This document shows positions 57,311 through 64,000 of a stretch of 64,000 nt of DNA, in pieces. The stretch is from Candidatus Nomurabacteria bacterium RIFCSPHIGHO2_01_FULL_37_25. GTDB taxonomy: Bacteria > Patescibacteriota > Minisyncoccia > Phycocordibacterales > UBA9973. The first letter of the stretch is position 1. The number at the start of each line of letters is the position of its first letter. The DNA lies in contig MFTH01000013.1 in assembly GCA_001786765.1 (NCBI GenBank), positions 19,974-83,973 on the forward strand, read 5' to 3'. The notes under the pieces were generated by a model. The model was not told where the DNA came from, did no database searches, and saw only the letters and a program-made list of their open reading frames with translations. A program made the position numbers and the translations under genes.

Positions 57311-57447
57311 TGAATTACAAAACTCGTCGAAGGCATGTCTTTTTTAGGGGGTTTCGAGGCTGACGAGCCGAGAACTTCAGGATTTTTCAAGCTTCGAAAA
57401 ATCCGTACCCTAGAAAAAGACATGCCTAGAAAGAGTTTCGTAATTCA
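57311..57447. mobile_element. Y-shaped MITE/REP-like element, arm type B, copy 2
   Basis: Near-identical to 46026-46162. Confidence 0.9.
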
Positions 57448-57463
57448 CGACTTAAGTCAGTAT

Positions 57464-57593
57464 AAAAAAAGTAGGCATATCTCACGGTGGAGACACGCCT
57501 GATTGATTGGACGCCGCGAATTCTAATTTCGAATCGGTTAAGTAGAATTCGCGGCGTTTTTTAGATAAAAAATCACCCCCTTTCATTCCCAAC
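57464..57593 (-). ncRNA. Candidate ~130-nt sRNA with its own promoter and terminator
   Basis: TTGACA-17-TATATT (57628-57600); 15-bp hairpin; 11-bp terminator stem with G-U pairs + T7. Confidence 0.5.
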
Positions 57594-57665
57594 TCAACAA
57601 ATATATTCTCGTACAGGTATTATGTCAAGTTGCTGAATGTTTATTTTTGTTGTAATATCAAATAT

Positions 57666-57800
57666 ATGTCATTTACATACAAACCTAAAAAAAGGAAAAG
57701 AGCCAGAAGCCACGGCTTTTTGGTCAGATCTAGGAGCAAGACCGGAAAGAAAGTCCTTAAAAAAAGACGTCAAAAAGGCAGAAAAAAGCTCAGTGTTTAA
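57666..57800 (+). CDS. rpmH: 50S ribosomal protein L34 (not in ORF track)
   Basis: MSFTYKPKKRKRARSHGFLVRSRSKTGKKVLKKRRQKGRKKLSV. Confidence 0.97.
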   Translation: MSFTYKPKKRKRARSHGFLVRSRSKTGKKVLKKRRQKGRKKLSV

Positions 57801-57802
57801 TA

Positions 57803-58126
57803 ATGCTATCTAAAAAAAACAGAGTAAACACAAAAGAGGTTAAGAAAATCTTTACAAAAAGTAGCTTTTTAAATTCTCCCAGTTTTACCTTTAGATATTT
57901 TAAAAACAACAATAAAGAAATAAAAATTTCTTTTATTGCCTCTAAAAATATAGCCAAGCTGGCTGTTAAGAGGAATCTGCTTAGAAGACGAGGATATTCT
58001 GTGTTGAAAAAGTATATTCATGAGTTCCCTCTTGGAATTATAGGTGTCTTTATATTTAAAAAATATCAAGATGATATTTTGACAATTGAAAATGAAATTA
58101 AAAACATACTTAATAAAATCAATTGA
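57803..58126 (+). CDS. rnpA: Ribonuclease P protein component
   Basis: AVKRNLLRRR motif; position after rpmH. Confidence 0.93.
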   Translation: MLSKKNRVNTKEVKKIFTKSSFLNSPSFTFRYFKNNNKEIKISFIASKNIAKLAVKRNLLRRRGYSVLKKYIHEFPLGIIGVFIFKKYQDDILTIENEIKNILNKIN

Positions 58127-58322
58127 TTTTTACCAAAAGTATTTTCCATTTTTCAAAAAACCAAGTTGTGTTTTTTATCCTACTTGTTCGGAATATACTA
58201 AAGAAGCGATAAATAAATATGGAATTATTAAAGGACTTCGCCTTTCTTTGCTTCGTATTTTGCGTTGTCATCCGTGGCAGAAGAATCATATTGATCCCGT
58301 TAGAAATCGCGAGGGCTCGTAG
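58092..58322 (+). CDS. yidD: Membrane protein insertion efficiency factor
   Basis: CVFYPTCSEY..AI.KYG..RILRCHPW..DPV. Confidence 0.93.
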   Translation: MKLKTYLIKSIDFYQKYFPFFKKPSCVFYPTCSEYTKEAINKYGIIKGLRLSLLRILRCHPWQKNHIDPVRNREGS

Positions 58323-58343
58323 CGACCCTCTATCTCTAACGGG
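58295..58343. mobile_element. CCCGTTAGAA-type hairpin insertion in yidD 3' end with ATTGA(TCC) duplication
   Basis: CCCGTTAGAAAT / ATCTCTAACGGG; inner GAGGG..CCCTC hairpin; original DPVQ-stop left downstream. Confidence 0.85.
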
Positions 58344-58414
58344 ATTGATCCTGTACAATAAATAATATTCAATTTCTTATTGAACTTTCTCCCGTTTTAA
58401 TATAAGATAAGAAA

Positions 58415-59173
58415 ATGCTCTCAAATATCTGGAATACTGTTTTATATGAGCCATTATTAAACGCGCTGGCTTTTTTAGTTTCAATTACCCCCGGCGAGGA
58501 TGTCGGTATTGCTGTTGTTATTCTTACTATTTTGGTTAAAATTATACTTTTCCCATTGTCTCAAAAATCCATTGAGAGTCAGGCAGAAATGAATATCCTT
58601 AGTCCGGAGCTTAAGAAGATAAAAGAAAGTGGAGCGAGTAAAGAAGAGCAAGCTAAACAAACTTTTGAGCTTTATAAAAAACACAAGGTAAATCCTTTTT
58701 CTGGATGTTTTTTGGTCTTGATTCAGATTCCTATTATTTTTGCTTTATACTTTGTTTTTTTAAAAGGAGTAAATTTTGAAGCCGGGGCGCTCTATTCTTT
58801 TATTCATATCCCAGAGCATGTGAATATGATTTTCTTTGGGGTTTTTGATATAAGCAAGGAAAATTTTGCCTTGGCGATTTTAGCAGGAGTGTCCCAGTTT
58901 TTACAAGCGCATTTTATGCCAAAACCCATTCTTTCTTCAAACACAAATGGTTCTATCGGTTCTTTTTCTGAGAGTTTTGCTAAAAGTATGCATATGCAGA
59001 TGAAATATGTTTTTCCAGTTTTTATTTTTGTTCTCTTATATACAGGAATTCCCGGGGTTGTTCCACCTCTTTCTGGAGCAGTTGCGTTGTATTGGATTAC
59101 AAGCAATTTATTTATGGTAGGTCAGCAGATTTATGTTAAAAAGGAGAAAAATTTTAAGATGGTAATTAAATAA
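58415..59173 (+). CDS. yidC: Membrane protein insertase YidC (short form)
   Basis: LYKKHKVNPFSGC..IQIPI, ALYW.TSN. Confidence 0.94.
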   Translation: MLSNIWNTVLYEPLLNALAFLVSITPGEDVGIAVVILTILVKIILFPLSQKSIESQAEMNILSPELKKIKESGASKEEQAKQTFELYKKHKVNPFSGCFLVLIQIPIIFALYFVFLKGVNFEAGALYSFIHIPEHVNMIFFGVFDISKENFALAILAGVSQFLQAHFMPKPILSSNTNGSIGSFSESFAKSMHMQMKYVFPVFIFVLLYTGIPGVVPPLSGAVALYWITSNLFMVGQQIYVKKEKNFKMVIK

Positions 59174-59189
59174 AATAATTTTAAACGAA

Positions 59190-59669
59190 ATGAATAAAGA
59201 TGAAATCCAAAATTTAATAAAAGAATTGATAGAAAAAACCACCATTAAACTCCATAAAATTTCTATTTCTGAGGAAAGTCCTACGAATACTTGGGTTTCT
59301 CTTGAGGTTAGCGAACCGCACTTTTTTATGGGTAATGATGGCGAGGCGCTTTATTCATTGAATCATCTTGTTCGCAGGATAATCGAAACTAAAACATTTC
59401 CAAGAAAAAAAGATGAAAACATAAACAACAATATCTTGATTGATATAAACGGTTTTCAAAAAAAGCGTGTGGAAAATATTCGCGCGGTAGCGCATATGAT
59501 GGCAGAGAGAGCAAGGTATTTTAAATCAAGCATAGAAGTTGACCCTATGTCAGCTTTTGAACGCAGGGTTGTGCATGAATTTTTATCTGATGCGACCGAC
59601 CTAAAGACAGAATCAATGGGTTTCGGACCCTCTCGTCGAGTGGTAATAAAATATATTGGCGCAATATAA
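59190..59669 (+). CDS. Jag/KhpB-like KH + R3H RNA-binding protein
   Basis: G.DGEALYSL, PMSAFERRVVH, TES.G.G..RRVVI. Confidence 0.88.
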   Translation: MNKDEIQNLIKELIEKTTIKLHKISISEESPTNTWVSLEVSEPHFFMGNDGEALYSLNHLVRRIIETKTFPRKKDENINNNILIDINGFQKKRVENIRAVAHMMAERARYFKSSIEVDPMSAFERRVVHEFLSDATDLKTESMGFGPSRRVVIKYIGAI

Positions 59670-59675
59670 TTAAGA

Positions 59676-59733
59676 ACCTCACTCCGCCTTTGGCACCCCT
59701 CTCCTTATTAAGGAGAGGGGTCGGGGGTGAGGT
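59676..59733. repeat. Y-shaped CCCTCTCC/GGAGAGGG element, intergenic copy between convergent genes
   Basis: Homologous to polA insert 34491-34549. Confidence 0.9.
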
Positions 59734-59737
59734 GTAG

Positions 59738-61111
59738 TTATTTCAATTCCAGTTTCCACAAAAAAGAATCTTTTTTATTTACAAAAAATAAATAATCTTC
59801 AGCTTCACTCAAGGCCATTTTTATACCATCAATTTCTTCAAATACAATTGCAAAAGGATCTAAAATTATTGTTGCGTTCCCGGTTTTTACATCTATTTTC
59901 CAAAGTTGGTCGCTGAAAGACACTTCCCCTTGATACCAGCTATCTGGATATTCGCCCGGGCTAACAAATTTTGGCACAGCGCAGTAGATAACATCATTTG
60001 CTTTACCCCAAACACATTTCTCTGGCAGAGTTCTTACTCCAAGCAGGTTAAAACTTCTACTGTTTATGTCATATATATACAAAGACAAATTATTGTTGCC
60101 GTAAAGAATCAGCTTTCCATCTGGACTTCCAAGTGTAGTCAATCCATTTATATCGCCTAAAATTTTACTAAAGTTTTTGCCTAAAGAATTTATCGTGTAC
60201 ATATATCCGGGAATATTTGCGGAAGGTTTTGTCGTCAGAGTAATTAAATTATTATTTGGCCAAAATGACAGCCATTCTGTAAAAGGAGAATCAAACACTT
60301 GTATTTTTTTATTGTTTAATAAATTCATAGTTATGCCTATCATATTGCTTCCTGAGTCACTATTACTCTCAAATAAATAGAAAATTTTTAAACCGTCGGG
60401 AGACATACTAATATCTCTGACATTATTAGGTAAGAAAGAGCCCTTAGCTTCATTATTTCCCGTTGTGTCTCCTCCTAATAATTCTTTTGGCAGGTTTCCG
60501 ACAAAAGTTTCTATGGTTTCCTCATCTGCTTTTAGATATCGCATAATAACAGATTCTCCCTTATTTCCAAAATAGGCTTCATACACTCTAGGTATTATCG
60601 TTACTGAAAACTTTCTTTCCTCTATTTTATCCACAAAAGTTTGAAAAATATTTCCAGTTGCTCTGTCCACATATCTTAAAGCAGGCGCGAATTCGGTTTC
60701 TGGCGGGGCTGGTTTAACTGACGCTTTTTTATTTTTTGTTTCCTTTTCTGGTTCTAGAGTATTTTCAATTAGCGGACCTGTTTCTGGCGCCACTATTGGC
60801 ACATCTTTCAACCTTTCTTTATTAAAAACGGTAAATCCCGCAATAGGCATACTTGAAACTCTGACAAGTTTTGCTTCCAGTGTTTCTGTTGTGACAGAAG
60901 GCTCATCTTCTGATATATCAAATGGAGGGGGTACAGGAGGAGGATTTGGTTTGCTTTCTCCAAATGGATTAAATTGTGAAATAAAGTTTGTGCCTGGATT
61001 ATCGTACTTCGGTATATTTGTTATATATCCTTTGAAATATAAAAACCAAAAAACTGCAACCACAATTATTAGCAAGATTATTATTAAAAGTGTAAAATTT
61101 CTTTTTGACAT
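59738..61111 (-). CDS. Membrane-anchored protein with predicted beta-propeller
   Basis: N-terminal TM, SPDG repeats, TLPEKCVW, PDSWYQG. Confidence 0.65.
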   Translation of the reverse strand: MSKRNFTLLIIILLIIVVAVFWFLYFKGYITNIPKYDNPGTNFISQFNPFGESKPNPPPVPPPFDISEDEPSVTTETLEAKLVRVSSMPIAGFTVFNKERLKDVPIVAPETGPLIENTLEPEKETKNKKASVKPAPPETEFAPALRYVDRATGNIFQTFVDKIEERKFSVTIIPRVYEAYFGNKGESVIMRYLKADEETIETFVGNLPKELLGGDTTGNNEAKGSFLPNNVRDISMSPDGLKIFYLFESNSDSGSNMIGITMNLLNNKKIQVFDSPFTEWLSFWPNNNLITLTTKPSANIPGYMYTINSLGKNFSKILGDINGLTTLGSPDGKLILYGNNNLSLYIYDINSRSFNLLGVRTLPEKCVWGKANDVIYCAVPKFVSPGEYPDSWYQGEVSFSDQLWKIDVKTGNATIILDPFAIVFEEIDGIKMALSEAEDYLFFVNKKDSFLWKLELK

Positions 61112-61113
61112 AG

Positions 61114-62286
61114 TTAATGATTCCATCTGTCAATGCACTTTTTTTGCTTGGCATTTTTAGAATCTGCTGTCCATGCGCTAAAGCCTTGTTTTCTGTACAC
61201 ACACACAGCCGCGCCGGTGCTACAGGTAAAGTTATCAGCTGCTTTCTTGCATTGTTGTATAATTGCTTCAAATCCTGGCTTAGGATTTCCATCTTTGAAA
61301 GCAGTAGAACAATTAAGAGGTCCGGATATTCCAGCAGCAGAGTAGCAAGCTGGAGTTTCAAAACATTCACTATGAGATTGTAAAAGTATTTGATAAGGTC
61401 CATATGCAGATGAGCCTCCACCCCAATTATAATTTTCGACTGATTTACAACCACTCTCTGGAGTTATTAGACATGAAAAAGTAGCTGCTTGTCCTCCTGT
61501 GATAGGCGTGCCAGCTGCCTGGGCTGCTTCTAAAATAGTTCTTGAGTCACAACTTGTGCCGACACTATTTTGGTTAATCGGACCTCCGTCACCAGCAGTT
61601 ACTTCTCCATCACTATTAGTAACAATAAAATCTTTGTCGGTTATTTTAATAACTAACGGTTTCAAACTTTTTAAATCAGTTTTCAGTAAATCCGGATTTA
61701 TTGTATTTAAAAGCGCGTAAGCACCGAGGGCTATGAGAAGCCCCAAAAGCGCTTGCCATATTTTTTCCTTGCCTGCTTCTTTGGTGTGAGCAAGTTCGCT
61801 TGTCATGTATTCCATTCCCCCTATGACAATCATCACTACGGAAAAAACTGCGCAAAGACCTATAAATATTTTTATCATTGTGTTTAGATATGCGCTTAGG
61901 GCATCATTATTATCCTGCGCAGGAGTAAAAGTTACAAGTTTTCCGTCAACACAACCAGGACTTGTACCAGTGCAAGGCAGCGGGGCTAAAAGTGTATATT
62001 CTGTTGGCCCCCCTCCTTGTGTTTCTGGTGTACCCGGACAGGCAGTAGTTGTGCAGTGGCCTCCACCGCATCCACTCTGGCACAGGGCGGTATTTTCAAA
62101 AGGGACGCAAGTTGCCGGGGTTAATCCGCTATCCTGTGCGTCTCTATTACAAAACCTTCCGGCTTCCACAGCATTCACATGCGCCATCGGGCTAAATATT
62201 CCAACTAGCGTTATCAGTATTAATCCCAGTACTAAAATTTTACTTTTAGCTTCTAGTCTTAATTTATTTTTATCTTTTTTAATCAT
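61114..62286 (-). CDS. VirB2/TrbC-like pilin fused to lysozyme/transglycosylase-like domain
   Basis: Pilin-like AVFSVVMIVIGGMEYMTS..AGKEKIWQALLGLLIAL..INP; C-terminal PESG..AYGPYQI..GFSAW. Confidence 0.7.
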   Translation of the reverse strand: MIKKDKNKLRLEAKSKILVLGLILITLVGIFSPMAHVNAVEAGRFCNRDAQDSGLTPATCVPFENTALCQSGCGGGHCTTTACPGTPETQGGGPTEYTLLAPLPCTGTSPGCVDGKLVTFTPAQDNNDALSAYLNTMIKIFIGLCAVFSVVMIVIGGMEYMTSELAHTKEAGKEKIWQALLGLLIALGAYALLNTINPDLLKTDLKSLKPLVIKITDKDFIVTNSDGEVTAGDGGPINQNSVGTSCDSRTILEAAQAAGTPITGGQAATFSCLITPESGCKSVENYNWGGGSSAYGPYQILLQSHSECFETPACYSAAGISGPLNCSTAFKDGNPKPGFEAIIQQCKKAADNFTCSTGAAVCVYRKQGFSAWTADSKNAKQKKCIDRWNH

Positions 62287-62291
62287 TTTTA

Positions 62292-63269
62292 TTAAAATTC
62301 TATATTTATTTCTTTATTGGTTGTCTGGAAAATTTTATTTCTATTTTCAACTTCCAGCCTTAATTTTGATGTTCCAGAAACCCCGATCATTGCTTGAATT
62401 GGCATTAAATTCTTTTTAGGCCCGCTCAAACTCACCAAACTATCGTTTATAAACCAGCGCCATATCAATGTTGGACTTTGTAAATATTTTGGTGAAATAA
62501 AATAAGGCGCCGCTTCCACTATCTCTGGCCCTTGTATTCTGTGCGAATTCATAAGTATTTTTTCCCAAACTGTCCCCACATTATTATCTCTTTTATAAAA
62601 TAATATTTTAGGTTCGGTCGTTCCTATGTTTATATAGGCTTGATTTGAATATTTCTGGTCTAAAGTGGAAGCTGTCACCGAGATATTGTTTGAATTTTCT
62701 AAATAATCATTAGTAAAAAGAAAAAAGTTTTTACCGTAACCCGAACCATCCACATTATTAGTATAGTCCTTTTTCCAAGCGTAAGTCATATTTTTTGAGT
62801 CGATTAAACCAGAGCCAGTTCGTATTTCTGGCATAGCCACTACTTTTACTTCACTATCAGGTGTAGGCAAGGCCTTGCCTTTATAAAAAGGTGGCGTGTA
62901 CGAATCGTCGTTGCTTTGCCAGAGCAAAATCATTACAGAAGGTTTTATCACTGTTTTTATTTCCATTGTTATGCCGTCTGGGAGAGTTATCGTTGCTGAC
63001 ACAGTTGCCTCTTTTCCAGCATCAGGCGCGGTGGTGAAAAATGACTTCTTGCCAATTCCTGATGTAATGATTTTGCCATTTACAGACCAAGATATAGAAA
63101 CACTGTCGAGGTTATAAAGGTAACTGTTCAAACTGACACTTATGTTTTCATTTGGATCTGGATAGGGGGGTACAACACTAATAAAAATATTGCTAGATGA
63201 TTGGGCATTTGCCACTGTTCCAGACAATAAGAATGTTGCAAATAATAATAATAAAAATTTTAACTTCAT
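62292..63269 (-). CDS. Secreted protein with Ig/PKD-like repeats
   Basis: Signal peptide; repeated ISWSVNG / YAWKKD / WRWFIND strands. Confidence 0.6.
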   Translation of the reverse strand: MKLKFLLLLFATFLLSGTVANAQSSSNIFISVVPPYPDPNENISVSLNSYLYNLDSVSISWSVNGKIITSGIGKKSFFTTAPDAGKEATVSATITLPDGITMEIKTVIKPSVMILLWQSNDDSYTPPFYKGKALPTPDSEVKVVAMPEIRTGSGLIDSKNMTYAWKKDYTNNVDGSGYGKNFFLFTNDYLENSNNISVTASTLDQKYSNQAYINIGTTEPKILFYKRDNNVGTVWEKILMNSHRIQGPEIVEAAPYFISPKYLQSPTLIWRWFINDSLVSLSGPKKNLMPIQAMIGVSGTSKLRLEVENRNKIFQTTNKEINIEF

Positions 63270-63343
63270 AACCTGATTATATCATTTATTTATTAATAAT
63301 TTACTTTCTAACTTTTAGAATACACTGCTTAACCAACAAGCCA

Positions 63344-64000
63344 TTAGCTAGGTGTCTGTCCTCTCTCCTGCTCTTCTTTGGCTTTTCTGTTTGATAATAT
63401 TTGCGAGGGATCAGAAGTGATAATCTGGTCTTCGGTGTAAGAAGCAATGACTTTTATGGCAACATGTTTTAAGCCTGCGAAAAATATGCCTTCCCCTACG
63501 CTAGACTCCAGAAGAAGATATTTCTCTTCGTCGGTAAGATTAAAAGTTTTCTGCAAAATATCAATGGTAGTGGGTGATTGTTCTAAGAGAAGCTGAATAG
63601 AAGAATTGGTAATTATTGGCACACCATAAGACGATTTCATAAAGTCAGACGCGTCTTGGGTGATAGTGGAAAGACCTAAATAATATTTTCTGCCTCTTTT
63701 TGCCATAGAATATAAAAATGACGCAGTGTCTTCGGACTTCATCATCCACCAAGCTTCATCAATAACCAGCAAGCGTTTTTTAAGATTTCTGCGGATAGCG
63801 TTCCAGATATAATGCATAATTATATACATCGCCACCGGTTTCAATTCGTCTTCCATATCACGCACAGAAAAAACAATAAAATTTTTATTAATATCCACAT
63901 TACTTGGTCTATTCAAAAATGTTGACCAAGAACCTTTTGTGTATTTCGCTAATCGCTGTAGCACGGAATCGCTTCCAGTCATCCCTCCTAGCACCATTTC
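63344..64000 (-). CDS. VirB4/TraC-like ATPase, C-terminal part
   Basis: VIDEAW Walker B, AKRGRKY, ITQD, GEG; runs off window end. Confidence 0.88.
   Translation of the reverse strand, partial: EMVLGGMTGSDSVLQRLAKYTKGSWSTFLNRPSNVDINKNFIVFSVRDMEDELKPVAMYIIMHYIWNAIRRNLKKRLLVIDEAWWMMKSEDTASFLYSMAKRGRKYYLGLSTITQDASDFMKSSYGVPIITNSSIQLLLEQSPTTIDILQKTFNLTDEEKYLLLESSVGEGIFFAGLKHVAIKVIASYTEDQIITSDPSQILSNRKAKEEQERGQTPS

Noticed and set aside
57330-57420. Hammerhead ribozyme in the ~130-bp repeat core (minus strand GUA..CUGAAG..GAAAC three-way junction)
   Set aside because: A9 is missing, the C of CUGA closes the covarying stem, and GAAAC can pair with GUUCUC in a bulged hairpin; the topology resembles a hammerhead but the core does not fit.
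57205-57423. 72-aa ORF (and the similar 45914-46105 ORF)
   Set aside because: Translations of the palindromic repeat; no independent coding signal.
1-64000. Recoded TGA (genetic code 25), prophage, integrase or transposase
   Set aside because: Core genes are intact under code 11 and some end in TGA; no phage, integrase or transposase motifs were recognised.

Overview
AT-rich bacterial chromosome segment using the standard code (TGA is stop). Gene content points to Patescibacteria/CPR, probably Parcubacteria (Nomurabacteria-like); this taxonomy is inference. It spans the replication-origin region (dnaN-dnaA-rpmH-rnpA-yidD-yidC-jag) and carries an ECF sigma/MacAB efflux locus, class Ia nrdAB, uvrABC, ruvA/ruvBC, mutM, polA, a complete aspartate-to-meso-DAP operon, 4 tRNAs, a hicBA pair and the end of a VirB4/pilin (T4SS-like) locus. 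The most unusual signal is non-coding: at least five families of short Y- or hairpin-shaped palindromic elements, with no transposase in the window. One family sits on the start codons of dnaA, dnaN and rpsT and duplicates the ATG. Others are inserted in frame in uvrB, uvrC, polA, holA and further genes. Three families occur in both orientations relative to shared flanks (flip/flop). Also found: a likely 6S RNA, a truncated cobalamin-riboswitch core and a DnaA box before nrdAB, a promoter/terminator-bounded sRNA near oriC with an anti-16S motif, a 44-aa acidic microprotein, and widespread apparently leaderless genes. All calls are by eye; no searches were run.
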